A stretch of DNA of 64,000 nucleotides from NCBI GenBank assembly GCA_011109175.1, contig RDEW01000002.1, forward strand, positions 260,299 to 324,298, written 5' to 3'. A program made the position numbers and the translations under genes. The notes beneath the pieces are model-generated. The model was not told the DNA's origin and did no database searches. It was given only the letters and a program-made list of their open reading frames with translations. Numbering within the stretch: position 1 is the first letter of the stretch; the number at the start of each line of letters is the position of its first letter. The DNA comes from Dicyema japonicum (taxonomy: Eukaryota; Animalia; Dicyemida). This document shows, in pieces, positions 28,081 to 39,957 of this stretch.

Positions 28081-28951
28081 CGCTTAGCACTCACTTTAAG
28101 AATAAAGGTAGCGAGGCAGCTATTCTCACCACCTCATCATCCAGCAGATTACCAATCTTGATATATGGATAAGAGTTCGGCCAGGCACATTTCGAATGGT
28201 AGCTAGCCGTTTTGAAACATTCTATTCTTCTCACATCTCCAGTGCTCTTCTACTTTTTTCAAAAACAAGTCTCAAATACGCATTCTGATTATTTTTTGTA
28301 TTTAAGAGTTTAAGCAGATTCTATCGCTGATCGAAAGAAACGAACAGATTCGACACCTCTGAATATGATAAAAATGTTAGATGTTAACCCTATGCAGTGG
28401 TGCTCAGTGTTGAACACCCCGAAAAGAACCATTTTCATTTTCCATTCAACGGACGGATACCTCGATTGATAATGACGTCACTCATTTATTTATGTTATTT
28501 ATTAACTCCAGGGTTACAATCTTTGGTAAGCCCATCACAAACATTCACAACTAATAGATCCAAGGAAGAAAGTCTGTTTGTGCCGATCAAATCTATCATC
28601 CAATAGTCCATTACAGGTTTATGGTTCCGATGAGAGATGGAAAAGTAGATCCGCCTTCTTCCATTTTCGTCACCTCAAAAATCATTTTATTCTTTAGCGA
28701 AAAAGTTTTCATAATAGAAAATTTTCACCAGTGGATTTGGGCAAGGAAAGGTAGGAAGATCCCTTTCAACAACTGTGTCCCGCCAAAAGGACTCGTCGCA
28801 TCTTAAGTGAGATCTGTTTGACGAGAATTGACCACTGCTGAATACTCCATTTTTGGATTCGAATCAACGAGAGTCAGATTCAATTTCATCAGTAAGAAAG
28901 CCGTCAACAGGCTCGTATTTTCAGCCTGAGGGCGTCACTCATCAACCCATT

Positions 28952-29167
28952 AATTATTTTTTATTTACACCCAAAAGGAAACAACAAGAAAGAATTTAAA
29001 CCATATAATAAAGTAATATAGGTAGACCTACTAGAATCGATAGACTTTTGATGTGTTCGTACACAACGTTCCTCTTTCACGAGAATTCGGAGAGGTTGGT
29101 TTTTCCCAGTTTATGTGTATTGACAGTTTCCATCGCAAATAGGTAGAAGCAATCGGATTTGGAGCAA
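28952..29167 (-). mobile_element. 5'-truncated LINE 3' end with 12-bp TSD
   Basis: A-rich tail on the minus strand; CATCAACCCATT at 28940-28951 and 29168-29179. Confidence 0.55.
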
Positions 29168-29180
29168 CATCAACCCATTT

Positions 29181-29449
29181 TATTTATTTTATTAACCCCA
29201 ATATCATGAAAAAGAATATAAAAGTTATCGTCTACATATATAGTTTGATGTGCGGCCCGAGCGGGTGGTCAGGGGACTTTGCTATCTTGAGGAAGTCCCG
29301 GTGACGTTCCGTAAGAGATTCCATGATTGGGGGCGTTTAGTGTTCTCTGTAGTGGACGTCTTTTTCGACAGTATTCTGAGACATCGATTTTGTAAAATTT
29401 CCAGCTTGCCGTGTGCCGATAGTGATAAAGGGGCAATCCATGCAGCAAG
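29181..29449 (-). mobile_element. 5'-truncated LINE insertion with 17-bp TSD
   Basis: GCAACATCAACCCATTT at 29164-29180 and 29450-29466; encodes WIAPLS..KLEILQNRCLR (LINE post-RT motif); (TAAA)n tail. Confidence 0.75.
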
Positions 29450-29587
29450 GCAACATCAACCCATTTAATCTACAAATAAAATCAATTTAATTATAATTAG
29501 TTTTAATAATGATAATTTCTGAATATAATGAATATAATAATATTTGAAATGAAGTAAAATTTAATATTTTGTTTTATTTAAGAATAA

Positions 29588-30108
29588 ATGCATCTTATTA
29601 TCATGTTCAACTCTCGGGGATCTATTAGACTCCAGAAATGGTATTCGCTTTTTTCTGAGATGGAAAAACAACGACTTGTCAAGGAAATAATAAAATTTAC
29701 TTTGAACGTTAACCCAGAATGGAATCTGCTGGAATTTGGAAAATATGTCATAGCTTTTAAAAAGTGCAGTTAATAAAACTAACTTGAAGATACGTAAGCA
29801 TTTATGTTTGCGCCCTTATTGACTCTGAAGACAACGGAATACTGACTTTGGAAATTTTACATCGATTTATGAAGATTTTGGATGAATATTTTGGCTCAGT
29901 AAATGATTTGTTTTTTCATAGGTAAATGAAATTGATGTGATTTACAATCTCAACAAGATTCATTATTTGCTGGACGAGTACATGCTATCCGGTAAGGTTC
30001 ATAATCCTTGTACAAATGACGTTATTGAAAATGTCCGCTGTCAGGATGAGCTTACTGATGTAATTTATTCGTTATTTTAAGAGAGAGGATTCTTTTAGTT
30101 TTGATTGA
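29588..30108 (+). CDS. Adaptor protein complex sigma subunit (AP-1 sigma-like, divergent), 149 aa
   Basis: Introns 29764-29789, 29899-29921 and 30060-30081 give an intact ORF: MHLIIMFNSRGSIRLQKWY...FKKYVSIYV...EDNGILTLEILHRF..ILDEYFGS|VNEIDVIYN..KIHYLLDE. Confidence 0.9.
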
Positions 30109-31036
30109 TTTTAGCATAACCTTACTATATTTGGTAATTTCTTTATTAGTATTCTCTTAAGCATACTAACAGTCAAAGCAAGGGAAATTTGTTGTTAAAA
30201 TTCATTTTTTTCTAATTTTGCTATTTTCGTGTATAATAATACTGCACTTTAGCCATATTAGCTATATCTCCTCCAGGGAGGACACAAACTTTATTTTAAG
30301 TAAAGAACAGTTATCAAACTACTCGATGAGGTTGTATAGCAGCGAAATAGCATACTCATTTAATCCTAGGAACAAATTCCTTGATTTAAAGAAGTCATGC
30401 ATAGCAATGCAGCTCTCCTGCGAATGACTTTAGTAATTTGTCGCTTTGTCTCAGGCATGATAAGGGACTTTGGAGTTTCAGTAACACCCAGAAAATTATA
30501 TCCTTAGTGTTCCCTTAAAACTCTTACTAACTTGCTACATACTTTCGTGTTAGTCGCAGACTATGAACACTAGAAACCGGCCTTAAACTCTCCATGAACT
30601 TCCAGGCACGCACACTTATGAGTAGAGATCCTTGTCTATTCGAGTATACATTTTCGAGTCAAACCTGCTCTTTTACCCCATGACGACTTCTTATAGTCAG
30701 CAGAAGATTTTCGGGGAGAATTTCATTGGCCTCTACAAAGCACCTGACCTCATTAGCCACCGATGTGGTCATCAGCTAACACAGGGCAGGCATGAAAATA
30801 ATCAACAGCGATTATGTGACAACACTATGAAGTGATGTTGCTGCAACTTTTGCAATTGTGCACATTTACATCATTAACTATTCAAAGCGGTTAAAAAAAA
30901 TAGACAATCGTTCCTCTTAATCCTTCTTTCAAACGAATATTTGTGTATTTTAAGATATTCTTTGCTTAAAAAACATTACCCTGGAAGATATTGGAAATTC
31001 TTGATATTATTCATAGAAAATTATAAATTATATGTG

Positions 31037-31140
31037 AATGGCGTGATAATTTCTGACCGAATCAGATGTCCCGGATTCGAATCTCGCTGATGTCAGTTTG
31101 GTTGAAAGTTCTAAGCATCTAACATAGCTAATCGATGAGT
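31037..31140 (+). mobile_element. tRNA-derived SINE (family A), partial
   Basis: B box GGATTCGAATCTCGC, then GGTTGAAAGTTC...GCATCTA as in the 49.2-49.4 kb copy. Confidence 0.55.
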
Positions 31141-31574
31141 AAGATTAAAGGAATGCTTTTCACTTCTTTGTTTTCATTCACTTTATCATGCGAAATAATG
31201 TTTTGCCGTTCATAATTTTGAATAAATTAATTTTTGTAATAGATAATTTTGAATATATACTATTTTAAAAATGTGCCATTTTAGATCGGTAAAATATTAA
31301 TTATGTTAGGTTATCGAATGTAATATGTAAAATAATATATAAATCCAATCTTGAATACAGAATCCTCATAGGAAACCACGAGTGTGATATTAGTTAACAA
31401 AACTAAATGGCGATTAAATTAGGTATATCGTGTTAATCGAAATTACAATGTGAGTGTACATTATGAGAGATCTTAGAAACCTTTGATTTTTACACTAGAC
31501 CATTCTGTTTGGTGAAACGTTTTCATTCAATGTTTATTTTTTTCAATAAATGCAAAAAAAATTTCAAAATAAAA

Positions 31575-31700
31575 GACAAAAGATTAGAATGGCCATACTC
31601 CATGGAACTTGTTCGCAATCCACGCAGCCGGCTTCCTCAACTGACATTTGTTTCTTTGTTAAAAAATTATTTAAAAAAAAATAAATAAATAAAAATTAAA
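31575..31700 (+). mobile_element. 5'-truncated CRE-like insertion
   Basis: Near-identical to 14945-15040 with an A-rich tail; the paralogous site at about 37021-37050 is empty. Confidence 0.7.
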
Positions 31701-32059
31701 AAAAATAATAGAAGAATAAATTTTTTATTTTTTAGTTTTTAAAGAAGTCCCTCATTTTTTAGGAAAACCTCAATTTTGGTGAATTTTTGCGCCATTTTGT
31801 GTTCGGACTATAATAACATGTTCATCTAACAGGGAATAAACAGAAATTAGTAAATCTACAATGGACGATACAGCGATTCCAAAAAATATAAAACATCACC
31901 AATTTATCAAGTGTCCAGACCATTTTGGTCCATTTTAGTATGAAACAAAGTAGCGTCTAAATAAAAATAAACTTGACTATTCAAAGCTATTAAAAAAATT
32001 CCAATTTCTAGTGTTATAAATTAAACCCTCATATTCCCAAGCATGTCAAACATATTTAA

Positions 32060-32295
32060 TAAAAATTAAATAGGATTTTATATGCCTTAGAAGTTTTGAT
32101 TATGACAAATACTCCAATAATAATGAGTACTACTAGGGTAATTTCTATTATTTTAGAATTTTGTGAATATAAGAAGTTCAGTGTTTTGTGACCACAGTAA
32201 GTACGTGATTCAAATTTGAGTCAAAGGTCTCACCAATAGCAATAAAAAAGTATTCAAATTTAGATGATGAGAATTCTGCTGTAGTTTCAAATCAA
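32060..32295 (-). pseudogene. LAMP-like 3' fragment (TM and tail) fused to an old hAT remnant
   Basis: 32070-32170 matches the TM region of the 35.1 kb copy; 32170-32295 matches 37170-37290; the flank 31735-32070 matches 34800-35125. Confidence 0.6.
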
Positions 32296-35118
32296 GATCT
32301 TCGTAAAAGAAGAACGATATGTTTGATTAATTCTTAATTATAATTATTTTAACAATAGTTTTTTTTTACAAATTAGCTAAAAATAAGGTAACCTGATATC
32401 ATTAAGCAGCGGTATAGTCAGATTATCCTTGAACAAAAAAGAAATATAAATAATCAAGAGAATTTATTATACTAGTTTAAAATAATATTGAAAAATAATT
32501 TTAATAAATTAAATAATTTTAAAATTACAAAAGTACAAGAGTGGATACATATGCAACTTCGACATAAATTAAATTGTAGATCTTTTATCTTAGATAGTTG
32601 AATAAACGATCTTCCCCATATGAGCAAAATTGTGTTCACTCTACAGATTAACATACAAAAATACTATGATCAATCGTTCTGCTTCTTCCTCACAAAAAAT
32701 CGTTGATCAACCTGAAGCTTAGAAGCATTTGCATACATTAAATAATTTTTTTTAATTTAAAATATTAATAAAGTTTTTTGTTAACTAAAAATAATAAAAT
32801 ATTAATTAAAATACCACTTTATTCAATTGATTGGATTTTTTCTACTTTATGAGTTTAAAATATTAACGATTTAAACTAAAAATTTCACCACAGCAATTAC
32901 ATCATTCAAAATACACCATTAAAAATCTGAACTATACACGGTACTAATTTCTATTTTGATTGATTCTAGTAGAGTTCCACGTATTAGATAGATTTTAAAA
33001 ATAAAAAAGTATTAAATATTTGAAGTGTAAAATAGATACTATCAGAATGGATAAAATGAGATAAAATAAAAGGAACGAATATTCGCCTAAGGAAATTTAT
33101 CAAGTGAATAACATTAATATCTGAAAGGTCCAACGAGTAAAGGAATCGTATGAAAATTTAGTGAGTCATTTTTCTCTAAAGGAATTCCTCAGATTCCCTC
33201 AATAAAACGCAGAAAGCGGGAACTGGTAAATGTAAGGAATGAATTTTTTGATGATCATGTCAGTGTTTGAGCTACACAAATAAGTATAACAATAAACAAG
33301 AGATCTCGGGCATTGACATGAGAAGAACAAATGAAAATAAAGATAAACAGACATCGGTTAAATCCCACAGTATGATCACATCAGTTATTCACTGATACGA
33401 ATAAATTTGGAAAAACATGAATTTTTAGATATCAACATGACTTTTTAGATATCATCAATTTAAATCAAATTTAAGAAACATCAAGAAAGGCTGAAGGTCA
33501 AGACGCAATGTGGATGTCGGAGTAAATATAGGACTAAGAAATTTATAATAGATCCCTACATTCATTCAAATTTTGTCGACAGCATTAACAAACAATTCAT
33601 AGTTTCAGAGAGATCTTAAAAACCCTCTGATTTTTCTGCTAATGGAACAGGACCACGAAAACCTAAAAGCAAGTATGTGAATGGTCGTAAGGTGGTATAG
33701 ATTAATTAGGCAAGGAAATAACCTGTTCATGAATGTGGTAATCCACTGTATGAACAGCGTGCATAAACTGAGTCATTATTTAATGTCAGAGAAGTTGACG
33801 AATAACATATAGAAGTAGAAACAAATGCACGTAGGAAAAAATACGGGGATACAAAGGGAACCTTGTGTTCCCCTACCATGATCACTTGTTTGGTGTGAAT
33901 AGTTCTGATTAGTGTGATCTGTCTCCTGTGAAATAAAATAGATTGATGGATTAGTATCAGATTTCACGGCAGAACACTACAGATATAGGACGGCAAAAAC
34001 GACTCAACTTTACCCTGGATGGCATACATAAAGGTCAGAATCGACAATTCAGGAACGGGTCCTCGTTTACAGCGAGGACTAAGACAGAAGAGGTTTGGAG
34101 ACTTCATAAACGAGAAAACTAGTCATTAATCTAAAATTGTTTTCAGGGACTAATCAAATCGACAATAAAGTTCAGGATCTGTTCGAAGGAGTCAGTGATT
34201 TTTGAACACTTTATGTTCTTGCGTTACGATGCTTGTTTCAAGTCAGAGCATGCGAAGACTGCTGAGGGAGGCCGGGATCACCTGAATTTTTTTCATTCTG
34301 GCACTGACGGTGATTTTTGGTTCAATAAATTTATAAAATTTATAAAAGCTCCGGAGCCAATTAAATTGATGAAGAACGCAGAACGATTCCTAATAATCTG
34401 AGATTTAAAGGTTTTCCGCCCAATATGAAAAATTATTGCTTGTAAAATTAAATCAGCAATGTGAAATTGCTATGAAAGGCATCGGAAGTTGAACTCTATG
34501 ACACTAGAAAACAACATGAAAACAAAAACAATAAATCAGTATATAATTGGAAAATAAAAATTTGGAGACATTTTATTATGATCAAGCAGTGGTGAAGAAG
34601 ATAGCAGCGAGAAATTTAGATATGAACTCAATAAAAGATACAGAATATGCTTTACTTAAACATGAAACTCCTGATCAATATGAAAAAAGATCAAATGACA
34701 GATTTATATATTAAAAAATAAAAATCTAATGATTCATCTTGTTTTTAATGCATACTTTAGTAACTTTTATTATAAATTTTCTTTTTCCCTTTTTATTTAG
34801 ATTTTTAAGAAGGCACTCAATTTTGGGGACAACTTCAAAATTGGAGAATTTTTCCTATTTCGGGGTCGGTCTGTAGTATTCTGTATATGGAACAGGGGCT
34901 GATGATAATTTATTGACTCGACTATGGATGATGCAGTGATTCCAAGATATAGGAAATATCAACTACCAATCAATTTTCAAGTCTATTTTAAATATGAAAA
35001 AATAGCGCTCAAATAAAAATTAACTTGACCATTCAACGCATTAAAATTAAATTCAATCTCCTTTTGTTTTAAATTAAACCCTCATATTCCCAAACATGTC
35101 AAACATTTTAAATTAAAA

Positions 35119-36341
35119 TTAAATAGGCATATATTCAGAAGATTTTATATGCCTTAGAAGTTTGATTGCAACAAATCCAATAACTCCAACAATCATGAGA
35201 ACCACCACAATGAGAGTAATTTCTGTTATTTTAGAAATTTGTGAGATATAAGACTTTTCATTTCCTTGAATTATTTTTGAATTTTGTGAAAGAGTGAAGA
35301 AATTTTTTTTCTATCAACAATTTCAAAACACCCAGAATCTAAATTTACCAAAATTCAAACCTTTCCCGATAAAATTTAAATTCGAATCATTTCTAAAAAG
35401 TTGAGCTTTAAATGAAAAGAATTTAGAGCGAAGTCTAGGGAGATTAATTTTTAAAAAATTGACAATGTTGGTAATCTCCAACATCGACATAATTCGGATT
35501 ATTATTATACCATGTACCAATATTTTTGTTTTCGTAGATAAAATTAATTTCCGAAATATAATATTTTTTTTTTTTAATTTAATATAAAAAATATTTCAAT
35601 TCTTGCTTTAGATGCAATTTAATTCTGTCGTTTACAAATTCAATTTTTTGAGTATGACTTTGAAGTAAAAAAATCATATTGTCGTCTATAATCAATTTTA
35701 AATTTTACAGATTCACTATATCAATGTTGATTTCAATATTCCCACTCAATATAGCAAAGAGTCGATTTCCAACCATAAAATACCAAATTGGAGTATTTGG
35801 ATCGTTACATGGGTTACAGTCATTAGCTAGATTAAATTATATAAAAACCTTTTCCTAATATATAATGAGAAATATATTTAGTTCTATATTGAATTATCAA
35901 AGAATATATTGTTAAAGAATAGTCATCACCCAAATTGATGGAAGTATCTCCACATCTGTAATATTCTCCATTTTTGATTTCTGTGATGTTTTTTGTATTT
36001 CTGTAGGTTTTATTATCTTTATTGATTAATTATTAAATTACTGGAGTTTAATTTAATTTTCATTGATATGTTGTAGAATTCCTTAGAAGGTTGAATGATA
36101 AATTCGAAAGTTAAATTATAATTCTTGAATTCATGTTTAAAGTTATAATCATAAGTGTCAATTTTAATTCTGAATACATTACTTATTTCTATAATTGTAA
36201 ATTATAAAATACATTCTCATGGATATTTGTCAAAAAACAATCTCCATACAATATTATATTATGTGAATTAAAATTAGCTCCAATTTTTGTGATGAAAGAC
36301 AAGAATATTAACAACATAAAATTATTCAATGAACACGTCAT
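35119..36341 (-). pseudogene. LAMP-like paralogue with several small indels (pseudogene, or homopolymer assembly errors)
   Basis: Colinear with 39958-41199, including introns. Frame breaks at about 36186, 35600, 35580 and 35455, mostly in A/T runs. Ends TM-LLRHIKSSEYMPI*. Confidence 0.75.
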
Positions 36342-36599
36342 TTAGGTCAATGAATTTAGTTTTACTATATATTAATAAGTTTTATCATTTTTTTAATTAA
36401 AATAATATCAAATTCTTAAATATTTGATTTTATATCATTATATTTATTTTTTCCAACTCTTTCTGTGTCCAATAATCCGTGACGATGGGGTTAAAAGTAT
36501 TTTATCAGGCTCCAATTATAGTCATCCATTATTGTTAAATTGAGGGAAAATGAAAATTGGATGAAAATTAGAAAATGGAAATTTTTTTTTGGATGTATG

Positions 36600-36765
36600 T
36601 CTTATACAGATAATCCGGTTCCGCAGTAAAGTTCACTGATGACGACGTCACTCGTCAAGCCAAAGCATATTGATGCATGGAACCTTCAACGAAATGTGCA
36701 GTATTGGGATTCGAACTAGCGACCTTCAGGCCTCTTGCCCGTCAACCGTCACATTGCGTCACCCA
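36600..36765 (-). mobile_element. tRNA-derived SINE (family A)
   Basis: B box (reverse complement of GGGATTCGAAC, about 36706-36716); body GACGAGTGACG.CGTCATCAGTG..CTGCGGAAC is shared with 49.2 kb and 63.7 kb. Confidence 0.75.
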
Positions 36766-37034
36766 GCCGTACAGATATAGGACAACTGAACAATCTATAA
36801 AATGCCTATAATTTCAATGATGGTTATTATTCCAAATGTTGAAAACTTTTTAATTTAAAAAATATATTATAAATTGACTAAATCGAAAAACTTGTCGTTT
36901 TAGGTCATTCCGGATAAATTTGAGTATTTCTTGAGAGTCGTTTGCCGTCCTTTTAATTAGGATCTGTCAATTTGGGTGAAACGTCCAGTTTAATGTTTAC
37001 TTTTTTTCAAAAAATGCAAAAATATTTCAAAATA

Positions 37035-37170
37035 TTAGGAAGAATAAATATCTTCTGATGAGTTTATATGCCTTAGAAGTATGATTATAACAAATCCAAT
37101 AACTTTAATAATAATCAGTACTACCACAATGAGTGTGATTTCTATTAGTTTAGAATTTTGTGAATTTAAG
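37035..37170 (-). pseudogene. LAMP-like 3' fragment (TM and tail)
   Basis: EITLIVVVLIIIKVIGFVIIILLRHINSSEDIYSS*; the upstream part is replaced by hAT sequence. Confidence 0.65.
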
Positions 37171-37542
37171 AAGTTCAGTGTTTTGTGATCACAGTAAGTA
37201 CGTGATTCAATTTTGAGTCAAAGGTCTCACCAATAGCAATAAAAAGTATTCAAATTTAGATGATGAGAATTCTGCTGTAGTTTCAAATCATCCGCCATTT
37301 CATCAATCCGTTCAGTTATATTGTTCCTGTTTAATAACTGTGATTTCTACGGGCACACAACATCAACATTTTTGCTATGCAATATTTTATAAAATCTCTT
37401 TCATGGTAAGATTTTCCACCTATGGCTATCATTAGACTTAGTTCATAGCTTGCAGCAACAGAACTGATATTGACATGCTCTATTTTTGTAAAAAAACCCC
37501 GTTGCTATGTCAATTTGGCTTCAATTCTTTGAATCCGAAATA
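37170..37542 (-). mobile_element. Old hAT transposase remnant (continues at about 39452-39800), host of the Buster insertion
   Basis: AASYELSLMIAIGGKSY, FIKYCI, NITERIDEMADDLKLQ, EYF.IAIGET.DS. Confidence 0.65.
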
Positions 37543-37550
37543 CTCTATTC

Positions 37551-39443
37551 CAGGGGTTCTCAACCTTTTTTTGCTCGTCGACCCCTTGACTTTTTTTCGA
37601 CCCCCCTATTATTTAATCGACCCCTTAAAACTTTTTTATTTAGAACAGACAATTCTAAGTAAAATTAGTTAATTATCTAAAATGAATTCATTGTTAATAA
37701 TCAAATAAAACAAAAAAAGTATATACTCGATGTTAAGTTGATATCTTAGCATAAATCTATAATAAAAAAAATTTAATACCAATGGGATCCCTGTGACTGA
37801 TGTTTTTGACCAAAGATTCGATATCTGGATCTATTTGTGTTATTTTTAAACGAAGATCTCCTCTAATGGACACTTTCAATCTTTTTCGTTCTTTATTTAC
37901 AATTCGATGTAGAATGCTAAATCCGCATACAACACAGTATGATGTCGGAAAATAGAGTAGCAATTGTGCTATTTCTGTCCACAATTTTGGATAACTCTCC
38001 TTCACTTTCATATTTTGCCAAAAAATAACAGGTGATTGTGAAGCATTATAATATAGTTTTAATTCTGGATTGAATTTTAACATAACTAATTCCTCTTTAA
38101 TAATTTCTTTATGTTTTTTGGCTTTGACAAAAACGGATTAATCATATAATATTGAATTTCTAATGCAATTTCCCTTTGATAACCATCGTATCTGTAAATA
38201 AAATTGGAAACTATAACCTCAGTGTGAGCACAAGACAGACATATGTTTCTTTAGCCTCATAGCAAAATTTTTTAAAAAGACAGTCATACTTGCTTTAATT
38301 TTGTTTATGGTTTTAATAACTATATTTAACGTTTCATGTAGAATTGGCGAAAGAGCTTTTGAAACCAAATGTTGTCTATGTAGAACGCAATATACATGAA
38401 TCACATTTGGACATAATTTTTTCAAATATGCCGCAAATCCTTTATATTTTCCAACTATAGACATTGCACCATCTGTGGCACAAGAAACCAAATTTTCATA
38501 TGGAATCTTGATGTCATCCAAAAATAATTTGACTACGGAAAAAATAGAAAATCCAGTCGTATCAGTAAGAAGAGCATGATCGTCAAAATATCTTAAATGG
38601 TAAGCTTCTAATAAGATTAACCTGACATATCCCATTAGAATTGATTGGTTGTCACATATATGACTTTCGTCAAGTTGAAGAGAAAAAATAGTATTTTTAA
38701 GCCTTTCACATAAAATATGTTCAACATTATCTGCCATTTCGTCAATCCTGCGGCGAATTGAATCATTGCTAATTGGTACGGAATTTAAAATTTCATTGAG
38801 ATTTAAACCCATAAGATCTGATGAATCACTGATAGATGGTTTGATGTGATTTTCACCAGAAACATGGAACTCTCATTTTTGGCAATAATCATTGCAATTT
38901 TATAGGATGCAATTAGTCCTCCTAAATATAATGTAAAATAACTACAAATGTTGTTTCTTTCACTACTATTTGTAAAAACAGTGTCAATCGTTTTTTGTTT
39001 ACGAAAAGAATCCTTTAATTCTTCAAAATACTCAAATGGTTTATCTTTTTTATCCGAATGTTTTCTCCTAAGATGATCCAACAATTTGGACAGTTTCATT
39101 GCATCATTTGATAATGACTTATTACACAGTAAATAATATGGTCTATTATCAAAATAATTTTTTTTATAAATCCAATTGCCAAATATTCATTTTTATATTG
39201 ACGAATTTTTAATGTAGAAAAACGACTCATACACGAACAAAAACAAGCATGGTAATTTTAAAAATTTTAAAGAACAAAGGTTTACCACTTTAAAAATAAA
39301 CTAACTTAATTTAAATTGAAAAAGATTAAATATATTAAATTTATTTTCGACCCCCAAATATTTTATTTTCGACCCCCTTACGATCGATCTAGATTGATTT
39401 TAGACCCCTGGGGGTCGAATCGACCCCAGGATGAGAACCCCTG
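37551..39443 (-). mobile_element. Buster-type hAT DNA transposon, internally deleted, intron-containing transposase
   Basis: TIRs CAGGGGTTCTCAACC / GGATGAGAACCCCTG; 8-bp TSD CTCTATTC (37543-37550 and 39444-39451, nnnTAnnn); subterminal CGACCCC repeats. Motifs: MKLSKL, GLIASY, SNDSIRRRIDEMA, FSLQLDES, ATDGA, HVYCVLHRQHL, HTE|IRWLSKG, FPTSY, GDLRL. Confidence 0.95.
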
Positions 39444-39957
39444 CTCTATTCCTTTGTCTTTATCGCAAATCGATTATTTTTCATGATGTCTTTTTAAGTT
39501 GTACTTTTTGGTGTCGCAAAGTTGATTATGTTGACTTGAGAGTTAATTTTGATTGGATTTTCAAAATATCTGGAAGGATTAAATATTTGGAGCTATTTAG
39601 AAGCCTAACCACCCTAAGAAATACATGTTGTTATTCCAACATAAGTGTTTTAAGAAGATCATCCTTTTCTGTGATTATCATTCAAATTTATATATTTGAA
39701 AAATCTTATTCGAATCTTCATATGATGAATACAATTTGTAGTTTTTAGTGGAATTCTGATAGCGTATTAATGTACTTGTCTTTGTCTATAACTGTGGTAA
39801 GTGGTCACAATTATCGGCTAGTATTTCCTTCACGGTTATTATTAATAGTTTAATAAATGTAAAATTTAATTTTTATTTTAAATAATGTCAAAATATTAAG
39901 AAAAATCAAACAACTATTATTTCAAAAGAGGAAAAGAGTAATTTAAAATTAACCATT

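Noticed and set aside
29899-29929. GTAAATGA direct repeat at the intron start and next exon start as a sign of recent intron gain
   Set aside because: As I recall, the YFGS|V position is an old AP sigma intron site; an 8-bp AT-rich match is weak evidence.
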